A stretch of 64,000 nucleotides of DNA from Candidatus Bathyarchaeota archaeon (lineage in GTDB: Archaea; Thermoproteota; Bathyarchaeia; Bathyarchaeales; Bathycorpusculaceae): positions 5,869-69,868 of the forward strand of contig CAWHXY010000001.1 in assembly GCA_963833575.1 (NCBI GenBank), written 5' to 3'. The first letter of the stretch is position 1; every line of letters starts with the position of its first letter. Both the position numbers and the translations under genes were made by a program. The notes beneath the pieces are model-generated. The model saw nothing but the letters and a program-made list of their open reading frames with translations. It searched no databases and was not told the origin of the DNA. This document shows positions 48,249 to 57,596 of the stretch, piece by piece.

Positions 48249-48530
48249 TTATTCTTTGCATTGTTTGAGTTCGCTGAGTTCTTGCATGGTTTTGTTGAGT
48301 ATGAATGTGTCTTGAATAGTTTTAATTGAAGAAACCGGCAAGCAAACGACCACTTTTCCAAGGTATGGTCTTTTGAAGCCTATCTTCTTTGTGGCTTCAT
48401 CTGTTAAGGCAACGTAGAAATTGTTTATTTGCCAGGTGTTCATGTCTAGTTCTGCGCTTTCAACTTCGCCAAGCAAAAAGGCGTCTGAACTGTATGCTTT
48501 TTTCCAAAATATTCTGCTTATTTCAACCAT
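48249..48530 (-). CDS. PRC-barrel domain protein
   Basis: KKAYSSDAFLLGEV, LPVSSIKTIQDTFIL; PRC-barrel layout. Confidence 0.7.
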   Translation of the reverse strand: MVEISRIFWKKAYSSDAFLLGEVESAELDMNTWQINNFYVALTDEATKKIGFKRPYLGKVVVCLPVSSIKTIQDTFILNKTMQELSELKQCKE

Positions 48531-48640
48531 TTAGAAACCTCGCTATTAAACTTACAAGCGCATCCTTATATCTGTTTTTTAAAGGGAAAGTGCGAAATCC
48601 TTTTTTACACCACAAACTCATAGTTTATTTGGTAATTTTT

Positions 48641-49018
48641 ATGACTTCTCAAAATCAAACAAAAGAGCTTACTCCTGAAGAGGAACGTGTTATAGTCAAA
48701 AAGGGCACGGAGATCCCTTTCACTGGGAAATACTTTGCTTTTTGGGAAAAAGGCACCTATGTTTGCAAACGTTGCGGCGCAAAACTGTACCGTTCAGAAA
48801 ACAAGTTTGAAGCAGATTGCGGGTGGCCAAGCTTTGACGGGGAAATACCTGGCGCTGTAAAACGGTTGCCCGACCCTGACGGCGTACGAACAGAAATACA
48901 ATGCGTCAACTGCGGCGCCCACTTAGGCCACGTCTTCACAGGTGAACACTTCACCGAAAAGAACACTCGGCACTGCGTAAACTCAATTTCAATGGATTTC
49001 ATCCCAGACAAAGTCTAA
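48641..49018 (+). CDS. msrB: Peptide methionine-(R)-sulfoxide reductase
   Basis: KGTEIPFTG, YVCKRCG, CGWPSF, RTEIQCVNCGAHLGHVF, RHCVNS; true start ATG 48641. Confidence 0.95.
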   Translation: MTSQNQTKELTPEEERVIVKKGTEIPFTGKYFAFWEKGTYVCKRCGAKLYRSENKFEADCGWPSFDGEIPGAVKRLPDPDGVRTEIQCVNCGAHLGHVFTGEHFTEKNTRHCVNSISMDFIPDKV

Positions 49019-49087
49019 GCTTAAAGAAATGAAAAACAAGATTCAATAGCCAAAAAAATGACGTAATTATTTAGGAGCTAAAAGGGA

Positions 49088-49411
49088 ATGTCTAAAGAAC
49101 TTGTTGCAGAAGTCTCAAACATTGCAGATTTAATTGATTATCAGGATGGCTCAGTGGTTAGCCGAACATTAATTGACAAGAAGACAGGCACGGTAACATT
49201 GTTTGCGTTTGACAACGGTCAAGGTTTAAGTGAGCACACCGCGCCTTACGACGCACTGGTTTACATTCTTGACGGAGAAGTAGAAATCACAATATCAGGC
49301 AAACCTCTAAGACTAAAACAAGGAGAAATGACCATTATGCCAGCTAACAAGCAACATGCCTTAACTGCAAAAACAAAGTTCAAAATGCTTCTAACAATGA
49401 TAAAATCCTAA
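49088..49411 (+). CDS. Cupin domain protein
   Basis: FAFDNGQGLSEHTAP, ILDGE, IMPANKQHAL. Confidence 0.9.
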   Translation: MSKELVAEVSNIADLIDYQDGSVVSRTLIDKKTGTVTLFAFDNGQGLSEHTAPYDALVYILDGEVEITISGKPLRLKQGEMTIMPANKQHALTAKTKFKMLLTMIKS

Positions 49412-49650
49412 CCCAACTTCCTTCCCAGGTATATCAAAACAATAGTCTCTAATTGCTCTTCTAATTATCATAATTGATTTCTCATTTGGATTGGTAACCC
49501 ATAGCAAACAACGTTTCAGGCTCAATCTCCTTAGGGATTTTCTAGCACAATGTGGCTAGTTTATCTTTTGAAAATTGAGATTTGCTGCAACTTTTTTTCT
49601 TTGTGTTTTGGGTTGCTTTTTTGATTTAGCGTTTGCTGCGTTTGCAGGTT

Positions 49651-49740
49651 GCGTACAGATTCGGCTAGATTCGTACAGTTTCGTAGAGAAAAGTATGGAA
49701 AAGTATGAAAAAGGTTAGTAAAGTATGGAAAAGGTCGTTG
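49651..49740. repeat. Degenerate tandem array of nine 10-bp units
   Basis: gcgtacagat/tcggctagat/tcgtacagtt/tcgtagagaa/aagtatggaa/aagtatgaaa/aaggttagta/aagtatggaa/aaggtcgttg; G at position 3 in all nine. Confidence 0.75.
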
Positions 49741-49949
49741 GAGATTGGTTGGTTTGTTTGAAAGTGGCTGAATTTTGAGAAGCTCATTTCAGTAGGCTTT
49801 CTTGGTTTGGGGTTTGGTTCGTTTGCAAGTTGCGACTCTATTCGACCCTACGCGCCCTTCTCGATTCCTTCTAACTCCTATTGTGACACTACCCTGGCAG
49901 ACTTGTTTGTTTTGACTCGCTGATTTTTTGGGTATTGCTTAGTCTAACT

Positions 49950-50567
49950 TTAGGTGAACTCTTTGCCCCAGTAGTTCTTGAATGCATAGTTTTTGAGCTT
50001 TTTTCTGGGAGGTGTAGTTGGCTGTTCAGCGGGGTAACCCATCAGAATCAACGCTTGAGGCTCAACATCGCTTGGAATCTTTAGCACTTTTCTAACTGTG
50101 CCTTTGCAAAAGCCCGGTGCACAGAACCAGCATGCACCTAAACCCTTGGCATGTGCTGTCAACAGCATATTTTGTATAGCTGCCCCCAAACCTTGGATAG
50201 CCAAATCCCTCTCGCAATCTCTCAGCTTTTTGTCCGGAAATTTTTTCATCTCGTTCATAGTAAAACAGGCAAGTATGAGTACAGGAGCGGTAGCGAACCT
50301 ATCGATCCTTTTTTTTCGTATTTCTTCTTCAATTTTTAAGCCGTCCTTAGCCATGTCGGCAGTCCACGATTCAGCCATAGAATCTGCTAATTCCTGCTTT
50401 ACTGAAATGTCTTCTAAAACGATGAACCGCCAGGGTTGAGCGTTATGAGCTGAAGGAGCCCAGCCGGCAGCCAACAAAACGTCTTTGATTAGATCTTGTG
50501 AAACAGGCGTGTCTAAGAATTTCCTGATGCTTCGTCTTAATTTTATTTCATCTAGCAAGTATGCCAT
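49950..50567 (-). CDS. Nitroreductase family protein resembling the FbiB C-terminal domain
   Basis: RRSIRKF, WAPSAHNAQPWRF, GAAIQNMLL.AHAKGLGACW, LILMGYP. Confidence 0.82.
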   Translation of the reverse strand: MAYLLDEIKLRRSIRKFLDTPVSQDLIKDVLLAAGWAPSAHNAQPWRFIVLEDISVKQELADSMAESWTADMAKDGLKIEEEIRKKRIDRFATAPVLILACFTMNEMKKFPDKKLRDCERDLAIQGLGAAIQNMLLTAHAKGLGACWFCAPGFCKGTVRKVLKIPSDVEPQALILMGYPAEQPTTPPRKKLKNYAFKNYWGKEFT

Positions 50568-50608
50568 GAATAGCTGTATGTTAGCACTCTTTTTATCTCT
50601 TATTTACT

Positions 50609-51928
50609 TCATTCTTGAAGTGGCTTTGTTTTTCTGCCATTTATGACCAGTCTAAGCACAACTACAACTATTATCACAATTGCAATTGCAGCAACTATTC
50701 CATAAACAATCTGAATAAAGCTCGATTGCGTCGTTGTTCCACTATGCGGGGCTATCGGGCTTGAAGAGGAGCCTGTTAGTAATGGTAAACTTGCCCAGAG
50801 TTGAAGTTCTGGTGCAGCTTCCGTTTCAGGTAAACTTACGATCACTTCGTGCGTCGAATGGTGATAAACGAAGTAGAGGATCTGGGAATCGCCTACGGTG
50901 TTGGCGGTGAAGTTTATGTCTTGTTTGTCGACGTAAATTTTCAGGCCAGCAAGATTGGGCAGCAGGGTTTTGGAGACGGTGATGTTTACGTAGCCTGTTG
51001 TTCCTGGTGGTCCGCTTACGGTGAAGGACAGTTCTTCTGAGGTTGAGTTAAATGCCAGTGAGGAAACGGTTGAGTTTGATGTTATTGAGAACGTTGGCTG
51101 GGTTTGGTCGCTTGAAGTTGGTATAGGGCTGGGTGTATTCAAAAGATTAGGTGTCTGCTGAACAGTTATGTTGTCTATTTGGAAGTTGGTCCAGCCCCAC
51201 CAGGAGCCCCAGGCGGCTTCATCTTCTGGTGATACGGGTAGATCAAATATGGGTGGCTCGCCAACGATGATTGTTGTAGGCCTCAAATCTGATTGGGCTT
51301 GAGCAACTTGATTTCCGTTAACATAAACTAAGTAGGTTCCGTTAATGTATCTTAACTCATAAGTTTGTTCTGGAGAGGATGGCTTAAAACCCGAATAGTC
51401 CACTTCGTAAACTGCCTTGTTTAAGAGTTCTATGTAAATATCTGTTTGGTTATTACTGACTAATTGTCCAGTTTGTGGATCGACCACTGTTCCTTTATCC
51501 GCTGCCCAAACATCAAATATTTTATTGTGCCAAGTGCCGTCAGACTGGTCAATAGTAGGTGTTCCATTACCTATCATTAGTCCGTCTCCCCAGTCAGCAA
51601 TACAGGTATATTGTAAGCTAAACTCCAAAACGAAGTCGCCACTGGTTGGAAACGGATTATTGATTGTTTGAATGAACGGAAATGCTGAACCATTGCTTGA
51701 CATGTACAAGTAGCTGTTTGCCACAGTAATATTGCCGCCGTACGCTGGGTTACCAGATAAATCAACGTTTTGTTCCTGTACCTGCCACTTAGAAGCGTCA
51801 ACTGCCGAACCTTCGAAATGGTCAGAAAAAAAACTTGAATCCTGAGCTTTGGCTGATTGGATACTGACAAACGGGGAAAGTACAAATATAATCAAAACTA
51901 AAACAGCGAATAGACCTGAATTTTTCAA
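50609..51928 (-). CDS. Secreted, membrane-anchored protein with lectin/LamG-like N-terminal domain and archaeal surface C-terminal domain
   Basis: Signal peptide, FSDHFEG..VDASKW, beta-rich core, Pro/Thr linker, ITSNSTVSSLAFN...YHHSTHEV domain, C-terminal TM plus basic tail. Confidence 0.65.
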   Translation of the reverse strand: MKNSGLFAVLVLIIFVLSPFVSIQSAKAQDSSFFSDHFEGSAVDASKWQVQEQNVDLSGNPAYGGNITVANSYLYMSSNGSAFPFIQTINNPFPTSGDFVLEFSLQYTCIADWGDGLMIGNGTPTIDQSDGTWHNKIFDVWAADKGTVVDPQTGQLVSNNQTDIYIELLNKAVYEVDYSGFKPSSPEQTYELRYINGTYLVYVNGNQVAQAQSDLRPTTIIVGEPPIFDLPVSPEDEAAWGSWWGWTNFQIDNITVQQTPNLLNTPSPIPTSSDQTQPTFSITSNSTVSSLAFNSTSEELSFTVSGPPGTTGYVNITVSKTLLPNLAGLKIYVDKQDINFTANTVGDSQILYFVYHHSTHEVIVSLPETEAAPELQLWASLPLLTGSSSSPIAPHSGTTTQSSFIQIVYGIVAAIAIVIIVVVVLRLVINGRKTKPLQE

Positions 51929-52063
51929 TTACTTGACCCTCAGCTCTACCCTATTAGATTAAAGTTTTACTAATTTTAAGATTTCTTATCAAGTTTCTTG
52001 ACTAAACGAATTAACATTTACTCAAAATTTCTTAACTAGAAACGTGCCCTATCAGTTAGTTTC

Positions 52064-53092
52064 CTAAGCCCTATTTGGCTCCAAAATAACCTTTAGTGAT
52101 TGGCCAGCTTCAGCCATCAACTTGAAGCCTTCCTGTGCCTCGCTCAAACTAAGTCTGTGCGTGATCATATCTTTGATATTGAGTTGTTTAGTTGCTAAAA
52201 CGCGCATTGATTCTTCCAAATCATTTGGCGCTGCTCCGTAGCTGGTGCGCATGGTTATTTCGTTTCTCCAGAACTGGTTAATTGGAACTGGAAGCTTCAC
52301 CGTTGGATCGGGCACAGCAAAAAACAATATAGTTCCCCCATTTTCTACACAGTCTAAAGCTGTCAAAGCAGCTGACGTCGCTCCAGTGCAGACAATCACT
52401 TGGTCTGCTAGCCGTCCATTGTTGATTTCTTTTAGTTTCTGAGGAAGGTTCTCCTTTGCGTTTAATGTTTGGTTTGCGCCAAATTTTTTTGCAAGTTCCA
52501 GTCTGTATGAGTTAATGTCCGCTACAACAATGTTTTCTAAGCCTTTAAATTTAGCAAGTTGTGTATGCAAGATCCCTGATATGCCGCCGCCTACAATTAG
52601 AACTGTATCGTCTTTTTTTAGAACAGCTAGGCGTTGCCCTCTCGACACGCATGCTAGTGGCTCAATAAAGGTGCCTTCTTCAAAAGACATGTCTTCGGGC
52701 AGCTTGTAGATTCCGAAATCGATGTTTATTTTTGGGACTCGAATGTATTGTGAGAAGCCGCCTGGGTAATAATTTGTTGTATGTAGTGTATGGCAGGCTG
52801 TGTTGGAGCCTCTTTGGCAGTAACGGCATTGGTTACAGGGTACGTGGTGAGAAACAAAGACTCTGTCACCAACTTTTACGCCTTTAGCTTTGCTGCCGAC
52901 ATTCTCGATGACGCCTGTTGCTTCATGTCCCAACACACGCGGTGCTTTTGGCACTCGGTACCATTCAATAACGTCGCTGCCGCATATGCCGCTAGCCATA
53001 ACTTTAAGCAACGCTTCGTCATCGCCGATGTTTGGGATTGGTATCTCTTCGATGCGAACGTCATGGTTGTTGTAGTAGACAGCGGCTAGCAA
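52064..53092 (-). CDS. Zinc-dependent alcohol dehydrogenase (sorbitol/threonine dehydrogenase-like MDR)
   Basis: GICGSD, GHE, CNQCRYC...C, EPLAC, GGGISG. Confidence 0.9.
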   Translation of the reverse strand: MLAAVYYNNHDVRIEEIPIPNIGDDEALLKVMASGICGSDVIEWYRVPKAPRVLGHEATGVIENVGSKAKGVKVGDRVFVSHHVPCNQCRYCQRGSNTACHTLHTTNYYPGGFSQYIRVPKINIDFGIYKLPEDMSFEEGTFIEPLACVSRGQRLAVLKKDDTVLIVGGGISGILHTQLAKFKGLENIVVADINSYRLELAKKFGANQTLNAKENLPQKLKEINNGRLADQVIVCTGATSAALTALDCVENGGTILFFAVPDPTVKLPVPINQFWRNEITMRTSYGAAPNDLEESMRVLATKQLNIKDMITHRLSLSEAQEGFKLMAEAGQSLKVILEPNRA

Positions 53093-53118
53093 CTTTTTTC
53101 ACCAAAAGAAAGTTTGGG

Positions 53119-53916
53119 TTAAGCTTTGCCTGCTTTTATTTGATTGAAGAGATCGAAGGCTTCTTGCGGTGTATAGTTTTCATGGATGATAGCTCGGAGT
53201 CCTCTTATGGCAGCCACAGGGTTTTCGGTTTGCCAAACGTTCCTTCCCAAGTTAACACCTATAGCGCCCTTCTGCATACCATCATAGACAAAGTCGAATA
53301 CTTCTTTTTGTGTTTCAGCTTTAGGTCCGCCTGCCATAACAACTGGCACTGGGCAGCCGTCAACAACTTTTTCAAAGTTTTCTTTGCAATAGTATGTTTT
53401 GACAACTCTTGCGCCTATTTCAGCTGAAACTCTGGCAACCAAAGCTAAGTAGCGGGCTTCTCGTTTTTCAAGTTCTTTTCCAACCGCTGAAACAGCCATA
53501 ACTGGAACGCCATACTCTTCGCATTCATCAACGAGTTTAGCTAGATTGCTTAGACTTTTATTTTCATATTTTGTTCCTGCAAAAACAGACATAGAAACTG
53601 CACTAACGTTTAAACGCAGAATCTCTTCAATTGATGTGACTACGCTTTCGTTAGCTAGGTCTTCACCTACAACCGTTACTGCTCCGGAAACTCGTAGTAT
53701 GATAGGTTTCTCAATTGCTGGATCAATGCAATTGCGCAAAACGCCGCGAGTAAGCATGATTGCATCAGCATACTGGTATATTGGTTTGATTGTTTGTTCA
53801 GGTTTCTCAAGACCATGTGTTGGTCCTTGGAAGTATCCGTGATCAACGGGTAAAAAGAGGGCTTTGCCATCTTTCTGTATAAGTCGGCTTAATCTGTTTT
53901 TCATACCCCAATCCAT
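53119..53916 (-). CDS. lsrF: LsrF-like class I aldolase/thiolase (DhnA family)
   Basis: DWGMKNRLSR, DHGYFQGPT.GLE, LTRGVLR, GARVVKTYY, VMAGG, GRNVWQ closely follow E. coli LsrF. Confidence 0.82.
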   Translation of the reverse strand: MDWGMKNRLSRLIQKDGKALFLPVDHGYFQGPTHGLEKPEQTIKPIYQYADAIMLTRGVLRNCIDPAIEKPIILRVSGAVTVVGEDLANESVVTSIEEILRLNVSAVSMSVFAGTKYENKSLSNLAKLVDECEEYGVPVMAVSAVGKELEKREARYLALVARVSAEIGARVVKTYYCKENFEKVVDGCPVPVVMAGGPKAETQKEVFDFVYDGMQKGAIGVNLGRNVWQTENPVAAIRGLRAIIHENYTPQEAFDLFNQIKAGKA

Positions 53917-54134
53917 TACTATTTCTCCGAGGAAGCTTTTGGTTTAAGAATTAAATAACTTTATGGTTTTATTAAATTAATAAAGGTGCCAATGTGTGAA
54001 ATATTTAGGTAACTATTTCTTGTTTTCAGTAATTTTAACAATTGACCATTTATTATGAAAAATTAAGCATAAATCACAACCAAATTTATATTTGGCTAAT
54101 CATGTAAACAGTAAAATACAAAAGAGTTGAAAAG

Positions 54135-54290
54135 ATGCACGCATGCCCTCAATGTAAAACGACAATGGAATCAAAAGGAGAAACGTCCGACGAAGGTGGA
54201 GGTATCATTTTTTATCAATGCCCTAAATGCAAAAACATCCAACTCTACACATTACAGTGTCAGAACAAATTTAGAATGAGCTACCCTTAG
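54135..54290 (+). CDS. Zinc-ribbon microprotein (51 aa), absent from ORF track
   Basis: Manual translation MHACPQCKTTMESKGETSDEGGGIIFYQCPKCKNIQLYTLQCQNKFRMSYP; two CPxC knuckles; upstream tttatat TATA-like box near 54085. Confidence 0.7.
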   Translation: MHACPQCKTTMESKGETSDEGGGIIFYQCPKCKNIQLYTLQCQNKFRMSYP

Positions 54291-54311
54291 GTTTACGCTC
54301 ATGTTTTCCTT

Positions 54312-54524
54312 TCAAGTCTTTGGTTTGACGATGACGTACCCTTTTTCTATGAGCCAATGATGAAACTGCCAAGTTGTATATAGGCAAGCGTTACTGCATT
54401 TTTGCTTTGTTTGCTCATAAACTGGAGACCCCTCTTCAAGTCTGTTTAGTTCCATTTGTACTTGGCATTGAACATCTTTGCAGAATTCTCTGCGCTTATA
54501 TTCCACATATCCATCAATTGTCAT
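54312..54524 (-). CDS. Small Cys/His-containing hypothetical protein
   Basis: FCKDVQC...CSNAC..TTWQFHHWL pattern suggests metal binding. Confidence 0.65.
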   Translation of the reverse strand: MTIDGYVEYKRREFCKDVQCQVQMELNRLEEGSPVYEQTKQKCSNACLYTTWQFHHWLIEKGYVIVKPKT

Positions 54525-54616
54525 TTTTCATCGGTGGCTAACTCCTCGCTTAAACTTAATAAGCCTTGTTTTTCCGCGAAGCATGCGCTTTTAAGGTACG
54601 TTTCCAATTTTGCTGT

Positions 54617-55288
54617 ATGCCTATCCTGTATCTGCTAGGTGGAGAAAACGTCTTTAGACGAAGTGCAAAGGAGGTAAACGAGAGAGCCTTCCAAGATGCA
54701 GGAAAACCACTAAATGTTCTTGTGTTTTCTTGGGCAAGAGCTTCATTTGATAATTCGTACAAGAGAAGAAAAACACTGGTTGATTATTTCATAAGTCTTG
54801 GCGCTGACTCAATTAACTATGTGGATTTCTCTGATTCGAATGAAGTAATCGCTAGAAAGATGTCTGATTCTAACTTAGTTTACTTGACAGGAGGGCTTCC
54901 AACCATCCTGCTTGAGCGTCTTAAGAAAATGCGTGTTGACCATTTGCTGCATGATTATTGCGGAGTTATTGTTGGGCGAAGTGCAGGAGCTTTGGCACTT
55001 TGTCGTAAATGCGTAATCACTTGTCGCAGTAGTTTAGAATCCAAAATTATTAATGGCCTAGGTATAGTAGACATGACGCTCAAAGTTCACTATGAACCAG
55101 AAAAAGATGATACTTTGAAAGCGCTGTCAAAGAAAGAGACAATTTATGCCCTGCCTGAGAGTTCAGCGATAATTTACAGTAATGGTGTTTGCTCATTTAT
55201 AGGAAATGTTTTCTTATTTCAGGAAGGACAAATGCGAACATTGCAAAAAGTTGACACTAATCCAGTTCAAACGGTCAAACCCAAGTAA
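54617..55288 (+). CDS. Peptidase S51 / class I glutamine amidotransferase-like protein
   Basis: LYLLGGE, VYLTGG, GRSAGA nucleophile elbow, VHY; start moved to ATG 54617. Confidence 0.82.
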   Translation: MPILYLLGGENVFRRSAKEVNERAFQDAGKPLNVLVFSWARASFDNSYKRRKTLVDYFISLGADSINYVDFSDSNEVIARKMSDSNLVYLTGGLPTILLERLKKMRVDHLLHDYCGVIVGRSAGALALCRKCVITCRSSLESKIINGLGIVDMTLKVHYEPEKDDTLKALSKKETIYALPESSAIIYSNGVCSFIGNVFLFQEGQMRTLQKVDTNPVQTVKPK

Positions 55289-55336
55289 AATTATATAATC
55301 AAACAAAATCCAATATTATAACAAATCAAATGGAGA

Positions 55337-56230
55337 ATGACAACAATGGCCGTAACATACAATTTGGGAACTGGACCCACTGCATGGTATACTACTTCTC
55401 AGGATGGAAGCGTCACCGTTACTGTTAAAAGCGGCTCTCCCCTAAAACCCAAAGTGATTTATGCAGGCGACGCCAGCCTAGAGTCTTACTGGACTAATAC
55501 AGGTAAGACCAGTAGTTGGCATTTTGCCCCCAAGCTACTGAATCCAACCCAAGTGCAATACAACGAGTCCACGGACGAATACCAAAACCAAATCATCACC
55601 ATTGACTTAGGCAATCAAGTGTTTCCAGCCTCAGGACTCGTACTGCCCGACCTGACAGGCGAAATCAAAGCACCCGCAATCCACTTTGATCTGCCCCATG
55701 CCTATGATCTATGGGTAGCTATTCTGCGTTCTCCATCATCTCCCATAAAAATAGGTATAGAAAAATCGCCTCTTACCATATCCCATAGTTCGGCGCAAGC
55801 TATGGCTCAAATTGAAAGCGAGACAGCTGACCCTGAAGAAATTTCGACTCTGCGTGCCGACGTTTCAGTGAATGGTGAGGGCTTTAAGAAAGTTTGGCTT
55901 TCGATCAAAAGAAGCATCCAAAGAGCCTCATTCGAAGAAACCATTGGGGATCTGACCAACGGTCTTGAAACATTCACTTGGAAACCCACCATTAGGAGCT
56001 TCGATACAATACTTGTGACGTACTCAGACATGTTCATGAACCACTTTGCAGGCTTGTTACAACAGCTCGGCGCAGAAACTAACCGAAACTTCTTAGCGTT
56101 CCGATCTTATTTACCAAAACCCTTTGTACTCTGCGACGGCGAAGGCATAGACTATAAAGTGCTCTTAACGGGAGAAAAACACATTTTAGGACATGAAAAA
56201 GACGAAACCCAAATTACATTAACCATGTAG
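55337..56230 (+). CDS. Hypothetical protein
   Basis: 297-aa ORF with upstream TATA-like box and ggaga; no family recognised. Confidence 0.7.
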   Translation: MTTMAVTYNLGTGPTAWYTTSQDGSVTVTVKSGSPLKPKVIYAGDASLESYWTNTGKTSSWHFAPKLLNPTQVQYNESTDEYQNQIITIDLGNQVFPASGLVLPDLTGEIKAPAIHFDLPHAYDLWVAILRSPSSPIKIGIEKSPLTISHSSAQAMAQIESETADPEEISTLRADVSVNGEGFKKVWLSIKRSIQRASFEETIGDLTNGLETFTWKPTIRSFDTILVTYSDMFMNHFAGLLQQLGAETNRNFLAFRSYLPKPFVLCDGEGIDYKVLLTGEKHILGHEKDETQITLTM

Positions 56231-56246
56231 CCTAAATCGTCTTTTG

Positions 56247-56486
56247 TTAGTTCTTTGAAGACTTCCGAGAAACCGCTAAAATAACCGCAACCAACACAAA
56301 GACAAGGAGCACAATCCCCAATACAGTAAGCGGAATCCTAAAGACAGGTTCACCATGAAGAACCGTTGTAGAAGGGTGCATGAACATTCCTCCCAGATAA
56401 GCTGTTAAGAAAAATCCTACAAAAACTGCGCCTATACCCTGAAAAGCAAACAGCAAGTTACGTATCATCTTATTATTATGTTCCAA
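56247..56486 (-). CDS. Small two-TM membrane protein
   Basis: Two hydrophobic helices with basic C-terminus. Confidence 0.65.
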   Translation of the reverse strand: MEHNNKMIRNLLFAFQGIGAVFVGFFLTAYLGGMFMHPSTTVLHGEPVFRIPLTVLGIVLLVFVLVAVILAVSRKSSKN

Positions 56487-56601
56487 AGCAAAGCCTCATC
56501 AAATACTAACAAACATTTTAATTATATAAAACTTTAATTCAAGTTAACCGACAAACCGAAAGTATAATATATTCAACTAGCCGAATGTTTTTCACACGAC
56601 C

Positions 56602-57516
56602 GTGATTCTAATGACAGAGCCTAAAACAGTTACTCCGCTGAAAGTTGGTTTTCTCTTAGTTGTTGCCTCATATTTCTTATTCACTTTGCATGCGATGTTT
56701 ACGCTTCAATGGTGGAACGAATGGAACTTCGGAGGGTCATTCAACTTTGGTGTTTTCATAACCGACGTAGCGGCGTTTCCTGGGCTTGTAGTCCGTTTTA
56801 CAGGCAGCCTAATTGCTTTAATTGCAGTCGTTCTTGCTATAACCAAAAAAGGTCTGCCCCAATCCTCCATTTACAAACTTCTCAAAATAGTTCTAGTCTT
56901 AGAAGCCCTTTACTGGTTAACTCTATTGCCATCAGGAATCTGGGGAACCTTGCCAACGGCTGCGGGTTTTAACCTAAGCTTTCTAGTATCGACTGGGGTA
57001 CCATGCTTAGTGGCATCGATAAGCATCCCTATTTGCTTGTTTGCACTTGTACGAAATCTGGGGCAAAACAAGCCTCAAAAGGCGGCAATCAAATGGTCGA
57101 TGATTGCCGGGATATTCTACGTTTTGTCTTTCTGGCTTAACAACAGCGGCATGTGGATAATTACAGTAATGCAAACAGGCTTTGGATATGTCCTTAATAC
57201 ACCCCAATACATGATAAGTTTTTCAGCCACTTTGTTCGGATTACTTGCACTAGCAATCTTCACAGCGTACCTTGCCAAGAAATCAATGGGAACAGAACAA
57301 GTACAGAACTTAAGGATTAGATCAATCGGTGCTATCTTAACCGCTTTAGGTGTATACTACTTGTGGAACTATTTAACATGGATTTTCTTTGGTGGCTGGA
57401 ACCAGTGGTATGCATGGATTCTCGGTCACAACTTGGACCTTTGGCTGCTTTCGCTTCCACTCTTAGGGATTCCTTTGCTTTTCACTAAAAAAGCTGATCT
57501 AGAAAATAATCCATAA
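56602..57516 (+). CDS. Hypothetical polytopic membrane protein
   Basis: About eight hydrophobic segments; start GTG 56602 or ATG 56611. Confidence 0.7.
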   Translation: MILMTEPKTVTPLKVGFLLVVASYFLFTLHAMFTLQWWNEWNFGGSFNFGVFITDVAAFPGLVVRFTGSLIALIAVVLAITKKGLPQSSIYKLLKIVLVLEALYWLTLLPSGIWGTLPTAAGFNLSFLVSTGVPCLVASISIPICLFALVRNLGQNKPQKAAIKWSMIAGIFYVLSFWLNNSGMWIITVMQTGFGYVLNTPQYMISFSATLFGLLALAIFTAYLAKKSMGTEQVQNLRIRSIGAILTALGVYYLWNYLTWIFFGGWNQWYAWILGHNLDLWLLSLPLLGIPLLFTKKADLENNP

Positions 57517-57596
57517 TCTTGCTGAGTATAACCACAGAAACCATTTCTGTCGGTAAGGTTTAAGTGGTTCTTTCAACCTTTTAGAATTGGATTTTT

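Noticed and set aside
50581-50589. CIRCE element (TTAGCACTC)
   Set aside because: Only the left half-site; the GAGTGCTAA arm is absent nine bases downstream.
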